Shown here: positions 18,301 through 27,000 of the stretch, piece by piece
How the letters are laid out: each line of letters opens with the position of its first letter
Position numbering within the stretch: position 1 is the first letter of the stretch
DNA from: a virus
Lineage: Duplodnaviria > Caudoviricetes
Length of the DNA: 54,653 nucleotides
Virus record (IMG/VR): IMGVR_UViG_3300021368_000936
Location: 1-54,653 of that record
Reading direction: 5' to 3' (one strand)
Translations under genes and position numbers: made by a program
The notes under the pieces: model-generated
Database searches by the model: none
What the model was told of the DNA's origin: nothing
The model's input: the letters and a program-made list of their open reading frames with translations, nothing else

Positions 18301-19115
18301 TAACATTTACTAACCTCAACCTAAACAGAACTGCCCTGAGAGAAATTCAAACTTCTACTCAACCATTCATTATGCACCACAGGGTGACTGATGTTGTAAA
18401 TTCTGTACAGGATGTTAATACCGAGTTTACCACCATTTCTATGGTTCTTGGTGGTGTGAATGCTACTGCTTCTGGTGGTACAGAAATTGATTATCGTTAT
18501 GCTATTGTTGACTTTATCATTGAAGAATATGTACTAGAAGAGTATATCTTCCAGAGAAATGGTAATCAAGTATTCCTGCTTGATCCATATAATGAAGTAA
18601 TTCGTAGAGATGGTTCTTCCTTTATCGTAGAAAACAGATCCCAGAATGCTCCTCCAGGATTTGAGGATTACAACCTTGGTAATGTTGGTTTGACACTGGG
18701 TGCTTTCGAAACTAATGCTAAGGTTGATAGTGGTATTGCTTCTGGTCTAACTATTGCTGACGTAGATGCTATCTACCCAACTTTGAACATTCGTGATTTT
18801 GACTTTAGAGCAGAATCTGCTCTGCTTGGTAATGGTGATAGATTCAACCTTGGTATTCCTACCTATCAACAACCAATGTCTGAGGTTGTTAGTGGTATCG
18901 ATATCAATGGTGAAATGACACTAGATTCTAACGAATATTTCCCAACTTCGGGACATATTATAATTAGAAACAATAGTGGACTATATATTGATACCTTGTC
19001 TGTAATCTCTTATACTGGCAAGAGCGGCACCAACAAACTGACTGGATGCCAGCTAGAGAGAGGAGATAGTCTCCCATTAGGCGGAGACTTAGCAACTCCC
19101 TTCTCTATCGTATAA
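9387..19115 (+). CDS. gp7: Giant baseplate wedge initiator gp7 (3242 aa) with YHYH-like domain and many GxGY beta modules
   Basis: Lies between gp6 and gp8. FYKAKGTDKSIKFLF and LQDSFFYQDYSYVIKS...HPAG are gp7-type motifs. Confidence 0.85.
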   Translation: MAAKKRRLSSLIESQLPGFIQYEYENFSKFVEKYYEQQESAGQPLDIVSNLNQYRDINFYEKNLLNQQSTLSGSIAADASSFEVARDGDSFPEENGYVQIGDEILFYQTRSGNVFSEVSRGVSGNTTLGDLYTKSAFVTTAAVPHYQGDVVRNISNLFLYALVKEFEKTYLSEFPEAYLKEGVDKRSLIKNISSFYKAKGTDKSIKFLFNAIITDDPLDVPEVVKPKNYTLKASVSDWTKNYSLKVKVNTGDVFSLIGERITQEIDGYDKGIEFAQAVVDNVISIGSDGQEDLYEVILEPSTVNGQFQVSGRTETTVILSATATSNDTITVKSTMGFPKTGKILVGDEVITYKDKTVNQFIIDQRLGPIRNHNIGKSVFRYSTITGGDVKITTLGLLYNLLPSEQAPYSVRGDMVQVGDAGFQTNDPIIFDTILGRNRWRINESPSTQTVQIKGVTKQFVGDVGAVFEDDQYYYIASSSYPSGNILVDTQYGENLLDQKHLKLIRKQPVTTTEVYETSNRDVGIFIDGVPALGYKSDEFVKQGAIESVTVENRGFSYANPPFILVNEQPGKARCTLNGNVLNEIEILTTENFDDDPAIRITSGEGAVLEPVITAGAITSMNVINAGRYYSTPPVIRIVDQLGKGNFAEFEAILDSDGSISEVKKISKGRFYTRGYTNVFVESVGKGAVASAKIKRWVYNRYEQIKNNVDSSNGTVFANYNPLRDYGYAYVANPVNARKKAYSSDSAYNANLINENIHSPIIGYAYDGNPIYGPIGYSDPVDTGSSLTKLASGYDLKGSRPNGPDTGKYPLGTFIDDYQWVPSVNSGKTELDQNNGRFCVTPEYPNGTYAYFITVDSNEVPQFPYLLGKNYYSLPVDSNYNSNISQDDIPVGLKALRSSLSESNGSEFGALIQDVKKGNISSGYVESSTDNFSPGNTVYLNNTKTDGGGAVVNVDRVTGVDVSSIECTQTKATQIKIQESGYLFAGDEISQTGEDGGIIATGDLIGDVFNASELVLRNVNGTFNTTRPIDSETIVVTLVLDSDANFTAGATMRLTNDDNEDQATGEILESTSRQNSVKVKVTSNANFFVTSNYYLRSSNLSDSNRVEIISINSLSTGLNPFSVNENIAIATTTTNHNLGAGDQVVVDILPDDASTETEYYVRKRLYQTATALQPQHNSTITDPGIGSADVLNSGLGYTADTYYEVELIFVDSTQARPGVGLPGDAGNALATIDVSNPQGLGSGGVGSILITTKGKGYRKGDRLTVSDAALQRSVGESRPDRLILEVDHVGFAYSNTVLKLTNVNNLSQEDFIQIGPEVLKVTAVDTTTDEVTVERGQQGTTPTNHYDGATVTLKDGFYRFSDDFRPFGDDITKPYLNQYNSETHVIDVSYDYNANQPQVLSNSSSFFDSSIPQKLVQFKTVEEEAFKLEFSTDNTNFQINPVLDVQKYYKYTFDVSHFSMLDTYLDFSSSANYNIFTEEKETSGIAPGNAGAFVSIKLGFGPAISTNTYQERRAINFQNYFYFIKVSPNVDTSGSYLRIIDDPLTGIKNVLYSTETKFVYGVNETPAYDGSGTMSYITSARLAEGNIHSVKVVNTGEGYAKIPTVYGVQPTAVNEAFVDPVWDPVLQVVTGFNITDQGGGYSKPVVLLTDTDGIKYEYECSHLNGKLSQVAVLKQGSGFTYKPTAKIIESDVKIYLESNNIGLPQNVKINNPGRGFNADKSQLGSYESPTTFVLRNISDRFFSGEKIRQLTTNATAVVAQDGFREGSNLLKVVAITGVFDSGSEITSVLGGRTATLYAQLSTEFEPDIRSYVDNFGYYTSDRGKLSNANQRLQDSFFYQDYSYVIKSKTSITEWRDLIKKTTHPAGFQMFGEMVVESQGEAPMPTTQPSLNYVSTIELPPVQITSLTSSKLVTVIQQKLEQLKVEEGRGSISIDTFDATETVTYNVSLSPAFDGTFDLSTGNLVGNTEFTLIDKKNNLPLQLTKNEQLICTLDGIFQEPGEAFTISGNRITFAEPPLGARVVEGQDVDPVKFYGRAIKFKESALNDRYFRKIKSIADQFDGNTTDFSLYWEDGTIVKTEDTENLIVGLNGVIQKARTTETEPFGNSYSIIRDEDDTVADIIRFTKPPIDNEDLYGPPEELPEILKNYEKCFIYSIGSYERLKINSDLYEYRFGGPYLIQDEVTNSVRKIDDPKYALVFIDGVLQRDTDSYTIVGPNITFTKPLQFSENSAGNRAVQDVNIILMYGRDVAKTLTFYDFEPFSYRNTISVTLRGAGIGTRIRPQLDQFAGQNFHLKQGGTIVGKVQNVSNEFPDEAILTLQHNVNVEFDENTGLDICLAEDTYTVYPITGPYTVEATYKTDDEGERVLEKNVPSWLFGVEAGLEAWNNKNSMFANLLPGDKILIDGESEYREIIRTPDQVYTKSYVNEYYIENEHYAKVQATNYEGDTEGEGLSITASVNQFGAITTLNVADVEFNQRDLSLYFDEGILLQPTAYEYFTTPEVHFIPVDGNGGGAKAEVIAYGGQILDVVLTNGGAGYTQPPRVVVARRYKRIKEQTRKIDTLTEIRIQTEIDSVFSMIGNTEIRIEGGPFSPQAIASIVSFGGFDPELNTNRQIIAGINTLFGEERDARMTDEKFPTSIDIKTPAFITPVVIELNTERVLTQVIGGVVGFEALATLETITTEEINKIIQIKANKAFEPKGIPTSGGLGTFVDAPISDTSTIIYAANTQGFPDTPARILIGGEYIYYRRKEDDRFLDVVRGYQGTTAIAHNPGDLILSQPEFTVLLSGGVNTILSEGSVAQSSVTNIEKTAQIQSISEVIDTFTNINEIKQSIDLEEEVILERVDKQITIIPPTSYNIVTETHATHSRVFKASAGLADVFGVSGEVLTAGPEVTEIQLTQEQQIEVDNLSTVSSVSIGSVAATATSTSKVVTTSHESTLITNTVAFDVLSTVTSVSTQIIENPQTRIDSLSSNIVTFTNLNLNRTALREIQTSTQPFIMHHRVTDVVNSVQDVNTEFTTISMVLGGVNATASGGTEIDYRYAIVDFIIEEYVLEEYIFQRNGNQVFLLDPYNEVIRRDGSSFIVENRSQNAPPGFEDYNLGNVGLTLGAFETNAKVDSGIASGLTIADVDAIYPTLNIRDFDFRAESALLGNGDRFNLGIPTYQQPMSEVVSGIDINGEMTLDSNEYFPTSGHIIIRNNSGLYIDTLSVISYTGKSGTNKLTGCQLERGDSLPLGGDLATPFSIV

Positions 19116-19124
19116 ATATAAATA
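19111..19124 (+). promoter_or_regulatory. Two overlapping consensus late promoters TATAAATA
   Basis: TATAAATATAAATA upstream of gp8. Confidence 0.85.
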
Positions 19125-19160
19125 AATCAGACAAAACGTTCACACATCGAGAGATTATCA

Positions 19161-21032
19161 ATGGCTGCTATTATCTCAGACAAGTTTAGAATTTTTAACG
19201 CCACCCAATTCCTTGAGTCGTTGTCTGAGCCCACTGGCGGCGCAGACACCTCTACCGAGAGAACAAGGATGTATTTCTTTGTGGGTCGCCCCCAAAGATG
19301 GGATGCCTACCTTGAAATCTTCAATGCTAATGCTACTCCTTTTGTAGCAGGTAATGAAGTTTACATTGGCGCTAACTATGCTTCCGCCACTTTTAAGGCG
19401 ACAATTAGAGAAGTATACGAGAACTCGCTCCTTCTCCACACTGTTGGTCCTCAGACCAATTCTGTTCCTACACCAGGGCAAGCACTTAAAGGTTGGAACG
19501 GTACTGCCGACACCAATGCTGAAGCATTGACTGGTGTGTATCGTTATGCTACAGAGGATGTTCCTCCTGTACCACTCGACAACCAAACCGAAAAGTATGA
19601 TGTTTATGATGACATCATTGCTGCTAAGCGTATTACTACCGACTTTGCTCGTAGCGTAATCCGTCGTTTCAACTGGGATACCGCTGCTAACCCATTCTTC
19701 GACATGTGGAAGCCTGACTACTCCACAACTCCTGGTTCTGGTGGTCAGATTGGTAAAGCTGGTGCTACTGGCGCTACCAATATTGCTGATGCTAAGTTCT
19801 ACTTGATCAACTCTCAGTATGAAGTATTCAAGTGTCTCTATAATGGTCAGAATCCTGCTAACCCAGCTGGTCAAACTGTAACCAACGAACCAAAGACCAC
19901 TCCTTCTGCTGGTCAGGGTACTTATGCTAACGGCATCTTCACCGAAGATCCTGCTGCTAATGGTTATATTTGGAAGTATATGTACACCATCCCAACCGAT
20001 GACGTACTACGTTTCCTCTCCACCGACTTCATGCCAATCGTCCTCACATCGGACACTACTCGTCAGGCAACTGAAGCACTTGCTACTGCTAATCCTGACG
20101 CTATCAACGTTGTGTTGATCGAAGATGGTGGCACTGGTCTAACCAACGGCACATACTATGCTCCTATCGTCGGTGATGGTACTGGTGGTAAGGTTGAGAT
20201 CACCGTTTCTGGTGGTTCTCTTTCTGCTGTCGTCGTAACCGATTCTGGTTCTGGTTATACATATGCTTCTGTTCCTCTCCAAGATGGTCTAGTCAATGGC
20301 GATCCAGGTTGGACAGGTTCTGCTATCGGTCTTTATACCGACGCTGGTCTAACAACTTCTGCTACTGGTGCTGTTCCTTCTAACGCTACTGGTGCTCTTG
20401 AAGTTATTCTTCCTCCTCAGGGTGGACATGGTGCCAACATGGAAGAAGAACTCAACGCTAAGCGTGTTATGACGAACATCCGTCTAACCTACGCTGAAGG
20501 TTCTGGTGACTTCCCTGTTGACAACGACTTCCGTCGTATCGGCATCATCCGTGACCCATATGCTGCTGGTGGTACTACTTTCGCTACCGCTCCTACTCTA
20601 AGTGGTGTATATGCTGTCAAGGTCACTGGTGCTACTGCTGACTATGTTGCTGACGAAACCATTTCTCAGACAACTGCTTCTGGTGGTACTGCTTATGGTA
20701 CAGTCGTATCTTGGGAAAGAGATTCTGGCAATGCTGGTCCTGGTGGCGCTGGTGTTCTTAAGTACATCCAGTCTCCTTCTCTCCACACCGATGCTGGTGT
20801 TGTAAGAGAGTTTGAGAACAGCGGTCAAGCAATTGCTGGTGCTCAGTCTCTTGCTTCTGGTACTGTTGATGGTGGTAACAACGACACACTCGTAGGTGTT
20901 ACTTTTGCTTCGGGTCTTGCCTCTCCTGAGATTGGCAACAACTCTGGTGAAATCATCTATGTTGAGAACCGTCGTCTCATCACTCGTGCTGCTGACCAGA
21001 TTGAAGACATCAAACTCGTAATCGAGTTCTGA
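19161..21032 (+). CDS. gp8: Baseplate wedge subunit gp8
   Basis: MAAIISDKFRIFNA, VFKCLYN, GYIWKYMY and ENRRLITRAADQIEDIKLVIEF motifs. Confidence 0.92.
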   Translation: MAAIISDKFRIFNATQFLESLSEPTGGADTSTERTRMYFFVGRPQRWDAYLEIFNANATPFVAGNEVYIGANYASATFKATIREVYENSLLLHTVGPQTNSVPTPGQALKGWNGTADTNAEALTGVYRYATEDVPPVPLDNQTEKYDVYDDIIAAKRITTDFARSVIRRFNWDTAANPFFDMWKPDYSTTPGSGGQIGKAGATGATNIADAKFYLINSQYEVFKCLYNGQNPANPAGQTVTNEPKTTPSAGQGTYANGIFTEDPAANGYIWKYMYTIPTDDVLRFLSTDFMPIVLTSDTTRQATEALATANPDAINVVLIEDGGTGLTNGTYYAPIVGDGTGGKVEITVSGGSLSAVVVTDSGSGYTYASVPLQDGLVNGDPGWTGSAIGLYTDAGLTTSATGAVPSNATGALEVILPPQGGHGANMEEELNAKRVMTNIRLTYAEGSGDFPVDNDFRRIGIIRDPYAAGGTTFATAPTLSGVYAVKVTGATADYVADETISQTTASGGTAYGTVVSWERDSGNAGPGGAGVLKYIQSPSLHTDAGVVREFENSGQAIAGAQSLASGTVDGGNNDTLVGVTFASGLASPEIGNNSGEIIYVENRRLITRAADQIEDIKLVIEF

Positions 21033-21049
21033 TTTACTTTTTACTCCGC

Positions 21050-21055
21050 TAAATA
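21050..21055 (+). promoter_or_regulatory. Late promoter core TAAATA
   Basis: Intergenic, upstream of 21092. Confidence 0.65.
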
Positions 21056-21091
21056 CTTCAACGAACAATGTAGAGTATTTGGCGGAGTAAC

Positions 21092-24000
21092 ATGCCACAG
21101 AAGACTAACCTTAATGTAGCACCTTATTATGATGACTATGATGCTGGCAAAAACTTTTATAAGGTTTTGTTCAGACCTGGATACTCGATCCAGACTAGGG
21201 AATTAACTTCTCTACAATCGATTCTTCAGAATCAAATCGAGAGTTTTGGTAAGTTCAACTTCAAGCAGGGACAGCAAGTCATCCCTGGTGAGGTTGGACT
21301 TAACACCAAGCTTGATTACGTCAAGTTATCTTCTGTATCTGAAGTCGCCGTAAATGAAGGCGGACAGATTGTTTATAAGAAATACGACATTAAAAAACTT
21401 GTCGGAACACAACTCTCGGGTCTAAACTCGGGAGTTGTTGGGCGCGTACTGAGTGCTGAGTACGGGTCTGACATCGAAGCAGATACATTGTTCGTCAAAT
21501 ATACCACAAGTGGTAGTGCTAGCAACGAAACCACCTTCAGACAAGGTGAAACGCTAGAAGTCATTGGTGGTATCAATACTCCCCTACTTGTCGTTGGTAC
21601 AGATGGTAGCGTACTCCCTACCAGTATTAATATAGAAGATCCCATTTCTGGTCAGATTTCAACTCTTACCAGTCCTGCTATGGGATTTGCTACTGCTGTT
21701 GATGTACAGGAAGGTGTCTACTTTGTCAACGGTTTCTTTGTAAGAAACGAGAAGCAACTCCTAGTAGTTAACAAATATTATAATAAACCATCAGCAAAGG
21801 TAGGTTTTACTGTAAGTGAAGACGTTGTAACTCCAGAAGAGGACGCTTCCCTAACAGATAACGCCAGAGGTTTCTCAAATTCCTCTGCTCCTGGTGCTCA
21901 TCGTCTTAGCATCAATCTAACCCTCACTAAGTTTGATTATACTGCTAATACTGATAAAAACTTTATCCAACTAGTTCAGATTAAGAACGGAACTGTAGAG
22001 AAGCAAGTAAAACCAGCAGACTATACTCTTCTAGAAGAAACTCTAGCAAGAAGAACTTACGACGAGTCTGGTGATTACGTTGTAGAAGATTTTGACTATG
22101 ATGTTAGAGAATATTACCAGAGAAGTGGTAACAATGGTGTGTATGCTCTCAATACCGAAACTGGTCTAATCAATAAGACTTACACCGAGACAGAAGCAGA
22201 AGGCAAGATGGTCTTGCATGTAAGTTCTGGTAAGGCATATGTCAAAGGATATGAAATCATCAACAAAGAGTCTAAGACTCTAGAAGTTAGTAAAGGTAGA
22301 GATACCCTACAACGTGATAATGTAACAATTAAATCTAAGGGTCTATCCGAGTTTAATGTAACCAATGTATTTGGTGGTGTTCCTCTAAACAGTGTTGGTG
22401 ACATCAGCACAGGTTACCCATCTGTTTCTCTAAACAGTGTATTTAATGATGGTACTATTGGTTTCTCTGGTCTAGAACCTGATGGATATTTTAGAGATAC
22501 CGTAAGTAGAAGGTCACAGGTCTTTAATCTAAAAGATGGTATCATGACCATCTATGTTCAGTCTCTAGTAGATCAACCTGTAGCGACATCCGACCTTCCT
22601 GATGAAATATTCTTTGTCACTACTAGAGGTACAGGAACAGTTCAAGGTAAGCGTGCTACAGTTATTGGTAAGGCAATTGTCAATCGCCCCGAAGTTAACC
22701 CTGCTAGTAATGCTGTATTTGGTGAACTAACCATTCTTGGTGACAAGAGTGTTCTCGATAACTTCATGAAAGAATATGATGATGGTGAGACTGATTACAG
22801 AAGATACATTTATACTTCTGAAACATTGATGGAGACTTCTTCCAACCCATATGGTGTCGTTGTTGATTACAACCCAAGTTTCACTCCTATTGTTGGTGTA
22901 TCGAAACCTAAGAATTTTAGAATGATCAGCAGAGGTTCTGGTTTTAATCCAGATTCTGATATTATTCTTTCTAAAGGTAGATCTGCTTCTACCACTCCAT
23001 ATAATGCTACATTTGGTTTCTCGTATTTTAATCCAGTGTTCTTCACTAGACTAAAACTAGAGAAGAAAATTATTGCCGATACATTCAAGAAAGGTAAGTA
23101 TATTTACGGTAAAGAGAGTAAAGCATATGGTGTCATTGAGAATGATACTACAGGTAACTTCAGTGGTATCTCTACTCTATTCGTAACTACTCTTTCTGGT
23201 CAGTTCATTCCTGGCGAAACAATCATTGATGAAGAACAAAACGCCATCAAGATTGCTAAAGAGAATACTATTTCTCACTTTGTTGTCAATAAGAGAGGCA
23301 GCAACTACAATGATGCTTCTAGTGTAGTCATCAATGGTGAAATTTTTGACCAGTCTAAAGTTGATGTTGTTCTGTATGGTGGTGCCGTAGTTCAGGTTCT
23401 AGTTGAAGATAGATCTGCTCTACAACAAACATATGCTACTCCACCTGACATTCTATTCACAAGTGATGACTCCAATTCGGACAAAGCAGTTGTAACACCT
23501 GTCTTGTTTAAGGACACGGTACTGACATTTACACCACAGAATGTAAAATCACTATCTTCTACATTCAACAACTACACATTTACAGCAGACGTTGATTTCT
23601 CTTCTACGACTTATGCTAATTACAAGCAAATTAGTGACTTCACCTTCTTTGGAACTAAAGGTAAGAAGTTCATCGAGTGTAATGGTTTTGGTGCTGATCT
23701 AACTGGAGACCTAATCCAAGGCGATATCATTCAGTTCACTGATGCTAATAATAACGTAATCAAGAACATTGTTCAATACGTAACTCTACCACAGAACACT
23801 GAGAAGTCTAGAATCTATTTTGATTATGCTCTACCTGATAATGTAACTAACGCCACTATCGTAAGACTACGCCCTGTACTAGCAAACAGTTCTGCTACTC
23901 TAGTATTCCCAACTGGTAGTAAGCAAGTAGCATCTCTGGTTAATGATGATGCCAACACCAAGTTCAAGTATCACGTAAGAAAAGACTTTGTTACCGATCT

Positions 24001-27000
24001 ATCTGCTAGTGGTGGTAACCTAACGTTTACTGCTCAACTACCAGTTGGCACACAGAAGTTTGTTCCTTTCACCGAGAATAATTTCTTGATTACTGTTCTC
24101 AGTAAAGGATCTTCTACTGTTGTAGAAAACGGTGATATCATTTACATCGATCCTAGATATATCGTTGTCGAGGATTCTGTCATTACTGCTAGTAGCGTAA
24201 CTGCTGGTGCTTTGAGAATCCAGAATCTACCATCCGATTACTTTGGTGTTATTACCGATAGTAACTTCCCTGTACTAAAACTAACTGCTACTGTCGAGAT
24301 TGATAAAGCACGTCCCAGACTCAAAACTGCTATCAGAAACAAGCGTGTCATCGTTGTATCCTCTGGTGACCGTGTAATTCCTATTAGAGGTCAAGACTAT
24401 GATTCTGATGTCATTGAGACCTTCTCTTATTCTGACGTATTTAAACTCAAGTATGTCTATGAAGGTACAGCAACTAACCCACCTGTAGTTGATCCAGCTG
24501 GCAACTTGGTTAGTGGTACTGATGTAACTTACAAATATAAGTTTGACAATGGACAAAGAGACACATACTATGATGTTTCTAGAATTGTATTGAAGCCTGG
24601 TTTTGATGCTCCTACTGGTCAACTAGTCGTAGCGTTCGATTTCTTCGAGCATTCTCAAGGTGACTTCTGTACTGTTGACTCGTATCTCCATGAGGCAGGT
24701 GTTCTACCTGACGAGATTCCTCTATTCAACTCTGCTGTCAATGGTGTCATCTCTCTTAGAGATTCCATCGACTTCAGACCTAAGGTTGATGGTAATACTA
24801 CCATCACTGGTTTCCAGGATCAATCTATTGTTGAAGCATTTGACACCACAGACTACATCACTTTCCTAGGCACTGGTGGCATCCCAACAGCAACACCTGC
24901 TAATGATGCTGGTCTACCATACACAGTCTCCTTCAGTGAGAAGCAATATCTAGATCGTATCGACGGTCTGTTCCTCACCAAGAAAGGTGACTTCATTATT
25001 AAAGAAGGTAATGCTTCCCTCAACCCATCCAAACCAGAACCAGTAGATGATGCTGTTTCTCTCTGCTATCTCCATATCCCTGCTTATACTAATAACAGTA
25101 AGGATGTAAGAATTGTTCCTGTGGATAACAAGCGTTATACCATGAAGGATATTGGTAAACTAGAGAAGCGTATTGAGCGTCTTGAGTATTATACTACTCT
25201 AAGCATCCTTGAGCAGCAAGCACTAAACATGCAAGTCAAGGATGAAATTGGTCTAGACAGATTCAAGTCTGGTTTCCTTGTGGATAACTTTGAAGCACAT
25301 AGAACTGGTAACCTCAAGTCTGACGATTACAGATGTGCTATCGATACTCAGCAGTCTGTCCTAAGAGCACAGACCAAAGAAGATAGTTTTGTTCTCAAAG
25401 AAATCAACACTAGAGATGACCAAAGAGTAGTCAATGGTTATGTCATTAACAATGGTGTTGTTACACTACCATATGAAAACGTTGAACTACTAGGTAATGC
25501 TAATGCTACTAACACCATTAATCCTAATCCTTTTGTTGTTATCCAGTATGTTGGTGAGGGTGTTATTTCTCCACAACAGGATTCTTGGTATGATCAAAGC
25601 ATTGCTCCTCTAGTTGTTGATACTAACACTAAACTAAATACTATCTTCCTAGCAAAAGATGTTGTAGCAGATGCTTATTCCAGTCTCTATAACTCCTTTA
25701 TTGTAAACTGGTGTGGTACTGATGCTGGATTGCTACCTATTGAATCTCTTGCTGGTATTAATAGTGAAGATATTGAATCTACCGTAGAACCTGCTTCTAT
25801 TGCCAGTTCTTCTAATGTAAGTCCACAGAACAATGAAGTAGGCAAGGGTGTTGGTACAAGAACTATCAACAACAGGAAAGTTTCCACTGCTCTACAGTTC
25901 TTCGCTAGATCTATTCCTGTCAAATTTGTCATGAACAGACTGAAGCCTGATACTAAGGTTTATGTCTTCATGGAAGGTCGTAACATTGATCGTTGGGTTG
26001 TACCCGATAGTCGTTTCAGTGGTCAGGCAGGTAACTCCCTTTCCACTTTTGGTGCTCCTCTCGTCACAGATAGTAATGGTAATCTTTCTGGTATCATTCT
26101 AGTTCCTGCTGGTCTACCTCCCGTATCCAACACTAGATGGACTGGTAATGTAGATACTGTCAACTACGACGAAACTGGCGAAGAGATCAGATTCTCTACT
26201 GGCACTAAGACTATTAGATTCACTTCTGCTTCTGATGATGCTGACAAGTCTGGGGTGGATACTTATGCTGAAGTCAAGTTCTATGCTGCTGGCATCACAC
26301 CAGAGAATCCTGCTAGCATTACTTCTACTGCTACATCATTCTTCAAAGCAAATGAAGGTGTTCAGTTGGTTGATAGCAATACTGATGATCCAGTCAAACC
26401 AAATCCACTTGCTCAAACATTCAAGATTGAGAACTTTGATGGTGGCGTTATGACCACTGGTGTTGATCTTTTCTTCAGCAAGAAGAGTAAAAGCATTCCA
26501 CTTAGAGCATATCTAACTGATATTGCTGCTGGCAAACCAGGCAAGAATATTATTCCTGGTACACAAGTATCACTAACTCCTGAAACATACCTAAGAGTTT
26601 ATGTCACAGGCGAAAGCGAAACTGTTACTATCAATCTAGATGAGATTGTAACTGGTAAGTCATCGAATGCTGCTGGTCCTATCGCTAAAGTATTCGACTC
26701 GAACCTAGTAAGAGTTGGTGATGATACCAGCACTTCCTTCCAGTTGAATAAGGAACAGGTCTATACTCTTGTTCTTAATAACCACAATGGAACTTCGTTT
26801 ATAGCAAACGAGTCGCTATCTATTCCTTCGGTTACTACTTACAACAACCTGAACAATACCACTCTTGGTGTATTCATTGCCAAAGATTCTGGTAAAGTAA
26901 CTGATCTAAAAGTTAGTGCCGTTGGTGACAACTACGAGACTGCTTCCATCACTATTGAGAGTCCTCAGTTGCCTGGAGGATCTTCAGCAACAGGTTCGAT

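Noticed and set aside
19176-19874. 232-aa minus ORF and the many other antisense or alternate-frame ORFs inside structural genes
   Set aside because: Shadows of long genes with biased codon use; low-information S/T/V/L-rich translations.
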